DNA of 64,000 nt from Neocallimastix sp. 'constans' (taxonomy: Eukaryota), in the NCBI GenBank assembly GCA_050613775.1, contig JBODTK010000121.1, positions 124,001 to 188,000 on the forward strand, given 5' to 3'. The position numbers were made by a program, and so were the translations under genes. The notes beneath the pieces were generated by a model that was not told the origin of the DNA, did no database searches, and was given only the letters and a program-made list of their open reading frames with translations. Position 1 is the first letter of the stretch; each line of letters opens with the position of its first letter. This document shows, piece by piece, positions 13,906 through 26,334 of this stretch.

Positions 13906-14773
13906 ATATTATATTTAATATTTATTTAGAGTTACAACTTATTATTATTATTCAGTTTTTTTTTTTCTGGTATGATATTGAAATAGTCATTTTATTAAGA
14001 GATTGGGAAAAATAATTATGTAATTTTAAAATTTAAATGAATCGTTTTTTTTTTTCAGAGACATTATCCAATTTTATATTTTTTAATTGAATATATGAAA
14101 TAATGTTTTTTTTATTATTGAAATATTCAAAAAACAAAAAAAAAAAAAAAAAAAAATGGTTACTCTAAATTTTTTTTTAATATAATTACTGAAATATTCA
14201 AAAAGAAAACAGTGGATACTTTTCATTATTTTTTAATTTAATTCTAAAATAATATATTTATTATTTTCTTACCACTAAAAATAGGAATATTTTTACTAAT
14301 TGTAAACCTTATTGTTAATTAACTTTATTAAATTATTAATATTAAAAATTATTAATATTTAATTCAATATAAATAAATATCATCCATATTTATCTTTTCC
14401 TTTCAATTCCATATTAATATTAATCAAAATTATTTTTTAATATTTTAATCATTTCCAATTTATTATAGATACAATAATAATAAATAATAATTATCAGAAT
14501 TATTTTTCCTCTTCATTATTATTATTTTTTTCTTTTTTTTTTTTTTTTATTCTGATTCATAGCAATTATTTCTATGACATCATAATATTGTAATTCTTAA
14601 AAAAATAGATGTATTCTTAAGATCGGTACTAAGCCATTAATAAAAGAAACTTCCCTTTATCTTTTTTTTATATTTATTTATTTATTAAATTCCTAAATCT
14701 ATGATTTTTATTGTCATATTCTATTAAATGATAACATTATTATAGCAATCTTCTAAAAATGAATAGTCACCAT

Positions 14774-14808
<35 letters not shown>

Positions 14809-15179
14809 TATAATCCATTAATGATTGAACAAATTCTATAATAAGCAATTAATATAAACCAAAAGAGATATATTTAACAATATATATCTTTACATTTAAT
14901 AATTAAAATTGTAATATTATTTCTCTCAAATTTTTTATTATTTGAAATGTTTTAAATTTTTTCTTTTCTTTTTTCTTTTAAAAAAAATTCATATATATTA
15001 TTGAATTCATTCCAAGGTCATTTAGTTCTTTCTCTTCAATGGCTTCCAAGGTAATTTTACAATTTTACAAAAAAAAAAAAAATAAATATATATATATATA
15101 ATATAATAAAATAAAAATATAAATACTAATTATAAATATGGTAATAAAAAATATTATAATGTAATAGTTATTGTAATAA

Positions 15180-15630
15180 TACTGGAAAAAACTAAACCTT
15201 AACAAAAAAGATACTTTAAAGAAAGTCGAAAAGGATACATGAATCTTACATGATCTTCAAGAAATTGTGATAGTGTAACTTATATGACAAATTATAAATC
15301 TTGAAAGAGAAGAATAAAACATTGAAAAAGTCATTCGTTCAAAAGATATGTATTTATTTTCAGAGATGGAAAAGATTTAGATTAATGGTAATCCAAATCT
15401 TCATATAAATAATAATTGATTCTGGATTCATGAATGGAATAAACACGATCAATGTGTTTCCACCATTACACCTCAATTTTTTTAGTTCTAATTATCAACA
15501 AAATGATAATATCATTTTTTTTTTTTTTTTTTTGAAAAAGTCATCGACTTAGGTTTCACTTAACGATTTAATCCAAATTCTTGAACAAGCTGATATTGTT
15601 CCGGAATGAAAGGAAAGATTATTCCCTTGA
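15180..15630 (+). pseudogene. RNase T2 family pseudogene
   Basis: FWIHEWNKHDQCVST at ~15420-15465 matches the CAS II motif FWxHEWxKHGxC. T*ILHDL..NCD at ~15236-15272 resembles a decayed CAS I motif (W/FTIHGLW). Several stops and frameshifts. Confidence 0.75.
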
Positions 15631-16199
15631 TACCCATGTACATATACATTTATATATAAATTAATATAGAATTATTGAAATAATAAAATATTTATAATAT
15701 TTTTAATTTTTAATTTAATTTTAATTTATATATATACAATATCAATGACTATTGAAATTTACTGTTAAATTTGAATTATTGTAAAGTTATTATGTTTGTA
15801 ATTTAAATCAATGGTTGTCTTTATTTTCAAGATTAATATTAAGACTAAACAAAAATGAACTCATTCCTCTTTTCATTTTTTTTTTCTTCTATTTTTAATT
15901 TTAAATTATTGTTTTCAACGTAAATTTCCTTTAAATAATTAATTATTACATATACAATTTTAATACTATTGTAATAGTATGCCCTTAAATGTGAATACTT
16001 TTTTTTTTTAATATCTTTTAATTTATATAAGAAAAAAATAATATTTTTGTTATTATAAAAGGTTTATTTATACATATATATATATATTAGATCATCTAAT
16101 AAAAGCATAAGTAGTATAAAATTGTTCGAAACTTTTGATTTTTCTGATTTACATTTAATGGATTATTCTTATTATTTTTTCTATTTTCTATAATCAAAA

Positions 16200-16244
<45 letters not shown>

Positions 16245-16480
16245 TTATTACTTTTTTTTTTCTTCTATATTTATGAAATAAAAAATATATATTGAAAATT
16301 AAATATTATAAAAATTATTAAAATAAAAAAATATGAAGATTTATTTTTATAATTTAAATATTAAAATATATTCAACCTAAAATGATAATTAATAATTAAT
16401 AATGAATAATGAATAATGAATAGTGAATAAAATATTACAAAATAATAATAAAATAATAAATAATTAATAATTAAAATAAT

Positions 16481-17740
16481 TTAGACACACATAATGAGTA
16501 CCCATCTCCCATTATAACCATAACAGATATAACTGTTAAGTGTGATATACTGGCATACTAGTACAGTTTCGCCCCTCCATACGTCGTTACACATCTGCCT
16601 GGGGCTGTATTCCCTAACATTCCTACATATATCTTCATTGACCACGAGCATCGGAATAGGAACCATTCACCCTTCCAGTGGATTTAATCATTGGTAAGAA
16701 GACATAATATCTTCAGTGCCTATGATTAAGTCGTAGAGTAGTATCACAGGAGTTGAGTCCAGTATGCCGCCAAGGAAAAGTCTTTTGGATACTATTGTGA
16801 TATCATAAATAATTAGTAATAAACAATCACATTAATAATAAATTTTATATATAATAAAAAGTAAAAATATATACATGATATACTTTAAAAATTAAGTATT
16901 TCTGATATAGCTATCAGCAAATTAAAAGATAAAAGAGTAGTAAAGCAAGTTTATTCCAATGGTTTCATGTTTTTTTTTTTTTTTTTTTAATAATTTAAAT
17001 TCCTATATAGACAAGCTTTATCAAAAAGTTTTTGAAGAGGAATATTATTCTCTTAGGAATATTGTTCTATTAAGTTACATAAAGAGATGTTAAATAATAA
17101 ACTACTTTTTAAGGAAATAGAAATGTGGATGAAGATTAGAAAGAGACCTCCATCAATGATACTTCAAAGTAAACTATAAAGATTTCTATAAAAGATTCGT
17201 TGTCAGCTAAAGCATTTGGTTGTAACATTGAAAAATGCACTAGCATATACCAAAAAAAGAAACTCAAGAGAGTTATTAATAACTAGTGAAGTGTTCGGTT
17301 AGGTAGCATTCAAAAGATGACTATATATTAGAATATCTAATAGGTGATGTTTTTTTTTTTTTTTTTCAAATGTTTTTGTTTTCCAGTATTGAAGTGAAAC
17401 TCATCTAATGACTAAAATTATGTCAAGAAACATATAAAAATATTTATTAATTTATTTTTCACAATCTATAATTGATAAATAAGAAGAAAATAAAGAAAAA
17501 AAAATTTTTTTTTTTTATTTTTTTTTTTATTTTTTTTTTTTTACTTTCAAACAAATAATAAAAGTTCATTAAAATAATTTATTTAATATATAGATTTTTG
17601 ATTTTAACATTAGAAAAAATGAAATATTTAAATATCCAATAGATATGGGATAAATGACTGATTATCTTCACCACGGCATGAACATTTGAGTTAATTTCCT
17701 ATAACTCTACCATCTTCTGAAACCAATAGTAATATTGAAT
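16481..17740 (-). mobile_element. Highly degraded 3' relic of a non-LTR retrotransposon (LINE)
   Basis: The minus strand at ~17660-17695 reads TGTTCATGCCGTGGTGAAGATAATCAGTCATTT (CSCRGEDNQSF), similar to TGCCCCTGTTGTGGCGAAGATAATCAATCTTTT (CPCCGEDNQSF) in the LINE at ~27090-27125. A GC-rich terminal island lies at 16481-16800. Linking the two parts into one element is inferred. Confidence 0.5.
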
Positions 17741-18289
17741 ATATTAAGATATAAAACAAAAATTTTAATCAAAATTATCAAATAAATAATATATATGATA
17801 TATATAAGTATATGTATATACTAAAAAAGAAAAGTAAATTTAAAAATAAAATAAAATAAAAATAAAAATAAAAAACTCTTTCATGAATAGTTTTTATATC
17901 TTATAAAAAATTTTAATTTTCCTAATATCATATTAATAAAATATATATGTATTAAGGTATATTACAAGCATCAAAATATATTTTTTCTTAAAGAAATAAA
18001 AAAAAAGAAAATACCATTGAAACGATTTAAACCTTTCTAAAATTTAAATATATAAATATGTTGAAATATATATATATTTATATATTTATAAATATATTTA
18101 TAATAAATTATATATAAAATAGAATAAAAATTAATAAGGGAGTAAAAATTAATTTATTATTAATATATTTTTTTGACCAATTTAATTCCTATTGAATTAT
18201 AATTTCTATTCTATTTATTTATTTATTTATTTATTAATATTTTATTTATTTATTTTGTTTATTTATTTATTTTTATTTTTATTATTATA

Positions 18290-18321
<32 letters not shown>

Positions 18322-18905
18322 GGTCAATAATAACATTAAAAAAAAAAAAGTCTAAAAATCAACTATTCTTTTTCATAATAAATTTTTTATTTTTATTTTT
18401 TTTTATTATTTTTTCATATTAAAAAAAGTGACAAAATATGGACGTACAAAATCTTCAAACTTCTTTAATATAAAAATATATAAAATTTACACATTGTATG
18501 TCTGCTTTTTAAAAAATAAAAATATTATTGACAAAAATAATAATGATATGATGTATTTACATATAAAATAAAGAATTTCTTAATATTTTCTAGTGGTTTT
18601 TTTTTTTTAGAACATATTAATACTTTTGTTTATATTTTATTTATTTATTTATTAATTTATTTTTATTATTATTTTTCTATTGGATTGTTTTATTTAGTAT
18701 TTACTTATGTTTTAAAGCCTTTACTAATTCTATTTATTTATTTTTATATAATTTTATAAATTCTATTTTATATAAATATATATATATTTTTGTACATATG
18801 TATAATTCAAATTTTATTTTGTTTATAAATTGATTTTTTTTTTAAAAAATAAAAAAAGGATATATAATTTACTTTTAGTTTTTTTTTTTTTTTTTATTTT
18901 TTAAT

Positions 18906-20120
18906 TTAAAAATTCTTTTGTTGAATAGTCCATCCTTCAAGTTCACTTTCAATGATACTTTTACGGAATAAGGCATCATGACTCTTGTCATTCTTTAAAA
19001 TGTAGTCTAACCAAGCTAAAGTCATTTTACCAAAAGTTCCACCGTTTGGTTCACTGTAGGTTCCCATGTGTCCAGCATCTGCCTTACAGGCAACAGCAAC
19101 TGGAACTTTCTTAATAAGACTGAAATCATCTAAGGCATTATAGTGAGCAATATCTTCTTCGCCACCAATAATATAGATAATTGGTTGAGTTAATTTTTGA
19201 AGTTCATCCTTAACAATAAGGGAATCTAATAAATCACCTGGACTGTTAGCTCCACTGTTTAGGGCAACAGTAGTCTTAATACGCTTATCATTCTTAGTAC
19301 TGATAATTAATGCTTGTAAACCACCACAGGATTGACCCATGGCACTAACCTTATTAGTATTTAAAGTCTTATAGAAAATACTAGTTCTTTCCTTGTTTTC
19401 CTTTTCAAGCCAACTTAAAGCAACATCAATTAAACTGTTAGCATCAGCCTTGAATCCATTAATAGTTTCTTCAGAAAAATCTAAGGATAAGGAAAGATAA
19501 TCAGTGTTATCTTCACCAACCCATGGACCAACAGCAGCAACAACGTAACCATAGGAAGCGAGTTCAGTTAAGAAATTACCGTAGGAGAAGGAAATACGAC
19601 CACAACCACCATTACCGAATAAAATAACTGGTAAACGACCCTCAGCATCAACAGCTTCCTTTAAATTTTCTGGACGGTAAATAGTGAAATCAGGTAAACC
19701 TTCTTGTTGAGTCATAACGGCCTTGTATGGACCGGAACCACCTTGGTCAAGCATTAAAGAATTAACAGTTTGAGATTCTTCATAATCAGAATCTTCTTCT
19801 TCTTCTACTTCTGATTGATCTTTAATACCACACCATTTACCATTTTCCTTACCCCAATTACCATATTTATTGGTTTTAACAACTGAAGTAGAATCAGAAT
19901 TACAGCAAAGATAACCATATTTTAATGACCAACATGAATCATCAATAATACCACAACGCTTACCCTTTTCAACACCATAGTTACCAAAACTATCAGTAAA
20001 AACAATTTCAGTCTTAGAATTTTTACAACATCCATAGCCTATAGCTTTGAATGGACATTTAGCTAAAGTACTGCTTGCAAAAAGAGAAGCAACAAAAACT
20101 AAAGAAGTAAATCCTTTCAT
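18906..20120 (-). CDS. Secreted cellulosomal alpha/beta-hydrolase (esterase-like) with two N-terminal fungal dockerin (CBM10-type) domains, 404 aa, intronless
   Basis: Signal peptide; two Cys-rich dockerins (CWSLKYGYLCC...YGNWGKENGKWCGI); acidic linker; nucleophile motif GQSCGG; putative Asp (GGEEDIA) and His (AGHMGT). Confidence 0.9.
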   Translation of the reverse strand: MKGFTSLVFVASLFASSTLAKCPFKAIGYGCCKNSKTEIVFTDSFGNYGVEKGKRCGIIDDSCWSLKYGYLCCNSDSTSVVKTNKYGNWGKENGKWCGIKDQSEVEEEEDSDYEESQTVNSLMLDQGGSGPYKAVMTQQEGLPDFTIYRPENLKEAVDAEGRLPVILFGNGGCGRISFSYGNFLTELASYGYVVAAVGPWVGEDNTDYLSLSLDFSEETINGFKADANSLIDVALSWLEKENKERTSIFYKTLNTNKVSAMGQSCGGLQALIISTKNDKRIKTTVALNSGANSPGDLLDSLIVKDELQKLTQPIIYIIGGEEDIAHYNALDDFSLIKKVPVAVACKADAGHMGTYSEPNGGTFGKMTLAWLDYILKNDKSHDALFRKSIIESELEGWTIQQKNF

Positions 20121-20419
20121 CTTTTAAATATAATTTTTTATTTTTTTTTATTTTATTTTTTATTTTATTTTTAATTTTCTTTATTTTTTTTTTATTTTAT
20201 TTTTTTTTTATTTTTTATTTTTTTTTTATTTTATTTTTATTTTTTTTTTTATTTTTTATTTTTTATTTTTTTTTTATTTTTTTTTTTATTTTTTATTTTT
20301 TTTATTAATTTTTTATAATATATATTTTTTATTATTATTATTAATTATTATTAATTAGTTTTTTAAAACTATTTTAAAAAAAATATATTAAAAAAAAAAG
20401 AAAAATAAATTCTTATATA

Positions 20420-20460
<41 letters not shown>

Positions 20461-23394
20461 TACCAATTAATATGCAAAGTATTTAATAAACCAATGAATT
20501 GTACGACATTTTTTGAAATATCATAAAAATTTTTAATATTTAACATTAACAAATGTATGACAAGAAGGAAAATAAATTAACATTAAAATTGTAATAATAT
20601 TATAAATTTAATATAATAGTAAATAATAATAAAAAAAAAAGTATTAAAATAAAAATAAGCAAATATATTAATAATATATTAGTAATAAATTAATTAATTA
20701 TTAAAAATATTGATCAACGTTAAATTAAAACTCTCTAAAAATGCTAATAAAAAAAAAAAAAACTTAAAAAACAACCACGAGCAATATGAAAAAAAAAAAA
20801 AAATTATATATATATATATAAAATAAACAAAAATATAAGATTATTTTAAATACTTTATTATTATATTAATAATATTTTATAATAAAATTATTTTCATATT
20901 TTATCTTTTTAAAATTTATTTTTGTTATAAAATCTTAATTATGTATATTATATATATTTAAAAAATATATAGTATATATAAATTGATTAGTTATAAAGTA
21001 TATTAATATAATTTTTTTCTTTTTTAATTTTATATATTAATAAGATTATAATGATTTTATATGTTTCCCTTAAAGAAAAATAATAATTTTTACTTTTTTT
21101 TTTTTCTTTAAAAAAAAAAAAGAAAGAAAGAAAATAAAGAAGACAAAGAAGATAAAAGAAGATAAATAACTATAATAAATAAAGTTTATTAAGGATATAG
21201 AAAACCCAAAAAAAACAAAATTTAAAAATTAAAATTATAAAATAAAATAAAAGATCTTCACTTATTTAATTATGTATATATTTAAAAAAAAAAGTTAAAG
21301 TTTAAATTTAAATTAATTATATTTTAAATTAAATATAAATTAAATATAAATTATAATTAAATATAAATTATAATTAAATATAAATTCATTTTTAATAAAA
21401 ACTTTATTTATATATAAATTTCTTCATACCGAACGGAAAAAAAAGGTGAGTTAAATTGAAATTGTTGTAAAGAAAAACATTTAAATATTATAATTAAAAT
21501 TATGAAAATATTTGAGTTTGATCCCGCCCTTTGACAATTTTCCAGGTTTTTCTCACAAGAGGATTTTACGGAATATGGTGGTTAGTCCAGCAGGGACATT
21601 ATCTGCCTCTACAAAAATATATTTAAAAAGGAAATAATTAAAATCAATTTAAAAAATATGTATATACTTAAAAAAAAAAAAAACATTTTTTAATTTTTGA
21701 TTAAATAAATAAATATAGAATTAAATAGAACTTTGTTTTATAAGTTTATTAAAAAAAATAATGAAAAAAATTATAATAAAAATAATATTAAAAATAATAA
21801 TAATAATAATAAAAAATGAGATGAAATAAAATGAAATAAAATGAAACAAAAAAGAAAAATTGTTTAAAATTATTTAAATATATTAAATAATAAAATAAAA
21901 AATTTCATTAATTATTTATAATTATAATTTCATTATTATTACTTTAAAAAAAAATGTAGTAATAATGATATTATAATTATAAATAATTAATGAAAGTTTT
22001 TATTTTATTACTTTTCATAAATATTTGTATAATAATTTGTAAAATATATATATTATTAATTTAAATGATATATAATATACAAATATTTATATTTGTTTAT
22101 AAGCTATGTAGTGAAATAGTATAAAAGAATAAAGCATTAATAAAAATAAAGATGAAATAAATAAAAAAATTAAATAAATATAAAAGATTAAATATTTATT
22201 TTATGTATAATTTATTATTCTACTCATATATAAATATATATAAATATAACATTTAATATAAATATTTATATTTGCTTTATTGAATAAAAGATTAATATTA
22301 TTTTATATTTAGTACTAATCAATTATACATTTTATATATTATATTAATATTTAATATTGAAATAAAAATAATAAAAAATATCATTATTATTATTTGAATT
22401 TTATTTTGATTATTTTTAAATTTTAAATTTGAATTTAAATTTTCATTGTTTATGTTTAAATTAGAATTGTCATTATTGTTATTTAAATTATTATTATTAA
22501 TTAAATTAATATTTTTAATTTTATCATTTTCAGAAAATAAATTATTATTATAAATAATACATTTTATATATTATATTAATATTTATATAGAAATAAAAAT
22601 AGTAAAAAAAAAAGATTTACATAAATTACAAATTATGGAATATTTTTTTTTATATTTAATTTAATTTATAAATTTTTATTTATATACAAAGTCGAAATTT
22701 GAAAAAATTTTTATTATAATACATTTATATATATTATATATATAATTTATATTTATTATTAAATAAAATCATATATATACAAAAACTGTTTTTTAATTTT
22801 TTAATACTAAATTATACATTTATATTTTTATATATATACTTATTTATTAATTTTTTATAATTAACAAAATTCATGATGATATTAAAAAGGCCAAGCTTTT
22901 TGTTTCATGTAACAAAAAATGTGTTTATGTAAATGAAGAAATGAAGTAAGATAAAAAAATAATTCTTTTTAAAAATTATAATTTTTATAATAATTAAATA
23001 TTATTTATTAAGGTTTTTTTTTTTTTTTTTTTTGTTATTGTTGTTATTGTTATTTTGTTATTTTTTTTTTTTTTTTTTTTTTTTTTTTGTTATATATATA
23101 TATATATATATTTTTTTTTTAATTTTATTATTAATTGAATTTTTAAAAATTTGATAGAAATAAAGTTTATAATATTTAATATATATATTTCCTATATTTA
23201 TTCATTTTGTTAATTTAAATTAAGCGTATCATAAATAAGACCAAGAATATTATGTACATTACAAATAGTAATATTGTAGTAGTTTAAAATATACATGTAA
23301 TAATTTAAATAAATATATAAAAAAAATAAGAGAAATCTATAATTAATATAATATTAAATAAATAAAAAAGTGATATTAAATTACATTCAAATAA

Positions 23395-23432
<38 letters not shown>

Positions 23433-23740
23433 ATTTAATTTATTAATATTTTTTAAAAAAATTTTTTTTTTTTTTATTTCTTTACATATACATTTTATTA
23501 TTAATATTTAGTTTTCTTTTTTATAATTTGTATTACTTTTGGCATACTTTTTGAAAAAAAAAAAAAAAAAAAATTTCCTATTGAAACATTTATATATATT
23601 TTATATTATTCCTCTTTTTTTTATTATTATTATTCTCTTGCAATATTTAAATATATGTATACATCTATATTTTATATTGGTAACTCTAAATTTTGTATAA
23701 TCATTCTCATGTAACATCTTAAAAAATTTTTTTTTTCATT

Positions 23741-24972
23741 AAAAGCAATAGGTTGTGACTGTTTTAAAAATTCTGATACTGAAATGACTTTTAAACGATA
23801 GTTTCAGTAATTATGGTGTCAAAAATGGTAAATGAGTTGTGATATTGTTGATGATTCAAGCTAATTCTTAAAATATGGATGTCTCTATTGTAATTCTAAT
23901 TCCACTTCAGTTATTAAAACTGATAAATATGGTCAATGGGTTAGAGAATATGGTAAATGATATGGTATTTAAAAAAAAAAAAAAAAAAAAAAAGTACTTC
24001 AAGTATAAGAAGAAGAAGAAGAAGAAGCAGATGAAGCAGAAGTAGAAACAATAAAATCAAACTATTAATTCCATAATGCTCAACTAAGGTGGTTCCCAGT
24101 CCATACAAAGACTGTTATGACTCAACAAGCATGTTTACCATATTTCACTACTTACTGTCCAATAAATTTAATAGGAAGCAGCTAATGCTGAAGGTCGTTT
24201 ACCAGTTATTTTATTCGGTAATGGTGGCTGTAGTCGTAATTTCTTCCCTTAACAGCAGTATTTTTCTTAACCGAACATGCTTCCTATGGTTACGTTATTG
24301 CTGCTGTTGGGCAATGGATTGGTAAAGATAACACTGATTATCTTTCCTTACCCTTTGAATTTCTCTAAAGAAACTATTCATGGTTTCAAAGGGGGATACT
24401 AATAGTTTATAATTGATGTTGCCTTAAATTGGTTGGAAATGGAAAACAAAGAAAGGCAATAGTATTTCCTTTAATTTCATGAATACCAATAGTTGGGCCC
24501 GCTATGGGACAAATTCTGTAGCGAATTACAATTTTTTAATTATCAGTACAAAAATATGATGAACTTATTAAGAGGACTGTTACCTTAAACAGTATATACA
24601 GTATATAACTAACAGTCCAGATAATTTATTATATTTCATTATGAACTTCGAAAAATTAATCAAACCGTTTATCTATATTATGTTATTGGAATTATTGGAG
24701 AAGAAGAAGATATTTCATACTAAAATGCCTTTAGATGATTTTTTAAATCATTATTCAATACGTTCCAGTAGTAGTAGCCTGTTAAGGATGATGATGCTGG
24801 ATACAAGGGGAAACCCTACGGTTGAACCAAATGGTGGAACTTTCGGAAAGATGACGTTAGTTTGATTAAACTAACGTTTTAAAGAGTGAGTGAAAAAAGA
24901 CATGATGATACCTTATTCTGTTTATCATTGAAAGTGAACTTGAAAGATAGACCATTCAACAAAAGAATTTTT
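23741..24972 (+). pseudogene. Inverted pseudogene copy of the dockerin-hydrolase gene
   Basis: Collinear with the reverse complement of 18906-20050 (EGRLPVILFGNGGC, EPNGGTFGKMTL, IQQKNF), with many stops and frameshifts, including in the GQSCG motif. Confidence 0.9.
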
Positions 24973-26289
24973 TTAAAAAAAAAAATAATATATAGAATAT
25001 ACGTAGCGTAGTAAAATAGTGAAATACATATAAATAAAATAAAAATTTAAATAGAATTTAAATAGATTAAAAAATAAATATATGTATATAAAAAATTAAA
25101 ATAACTAGGTAAATGAATAGATAAATAAATAATATTAGTAAAAAATTAGTAAAATAAAATAAAATAAAATAAAATAAAATGATAATAAAATAAAAAAAAT
25201 TTTAATTTTTATTTATTTATTTATTTATTTATCTATTTATATGTATATATAAAAATTAATTATATATTAATTATTTTTTTTTTTGAAATTATTAGTATTA
25301 ATCATTGTTGTTATTCTTAAATTGTTATTATCTCCTTTTGTAAATAAAAAAAAAATAACTTTTATAAATATATATATATATATATATATATTTCCAATTT
25401 ATAAAGTTAAAATAACATATTAATTTTTGTTTTTTTTCTATATTAAGATTTTTTAAAAAAAAAATAAAATTAATTTATAGTCTTCATAAAAAAAAAAAAA
25501 AAAAAAAAAAACAATTAAAAATAATTGATTAAAAAAAATTTTTTTTTAAAGATATGTAAATTAAATAGATAAAAAAAAAATATATCTTCTTTTATTTATT
25601 TAATTTTTTTTTTTCTTCATTTTTATCTTATATAGAGGTTTATTAAAAATAAAAAAAAAACTTTTCTTTTTTTCTTTAGACTAAGAAAAGAATGCATTTC
25701 TTTTTCTTTATTTATTATTCAATTAAAAAAAAAAAAAAAAAAAAAAAAATTTTTTAAAGTAATTATGATATTATGATGTGAATCGAAATCATTTTTACCA
25801 TTAAATTTATATTTATATATATATATATACTTACTACAAGGAAGTAACATCAATAAAAAGGTTACAATAACTCTCTCCAACTTAAACCAAGAGAAATAAA
25901 ACATAGAATATAGAATCATAAGATTCAAAATTTTTTATTCTTTTTTTTTAATAGATATTCATTATATGAAGAAAAAATGAAAATTTATTAGACATTTAGG
26001 TTTAAGATGGACTTAAAAAGATAAGTCATAGAAGTTCTTCTTTGTCCTTATCAATTTGATGACATTGATGATTTTGACTTTTTTTTCTTTTTTTTTTTTT
26101 TTTTTTTATATATGACAAGGAATAAACTTTACTTTAATAATATTTATTATTAAAAAAAAAAAAAATGCTGTTTGTGGATATTCCTTTTTTTTTTTTTTTA
26201 TTTTATCCAAATGATTTTAATTAAAATAGATTGATTATATCAGAAGCAAAGTTATTATCTCCTTCTCTCCTTCATCCTTCATACTCTTC

Positions 26290-26334
<45 letters not shown>

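Noticed and set aside
16481..16666. 61 aa ORF, and RNase P/MRP, SRP, 5S or twister identity for this island
   Set aside because: The ORF has no recognisable features, and the diagnostic conserved boxes of those RNAs could not be placed in the correct order.
24089..24865. 78 aa and 74 aa ORFs as independent genes
   Set aside because: Out-of-frame or partial pieces of the esterase pseudogene.
25780..26290. Patches of coding-like sequence on the minus strand with a possible GTAAG donor
   Set aside because: Interrupted by stops; I could not assemble a gene model or recognise a domain.
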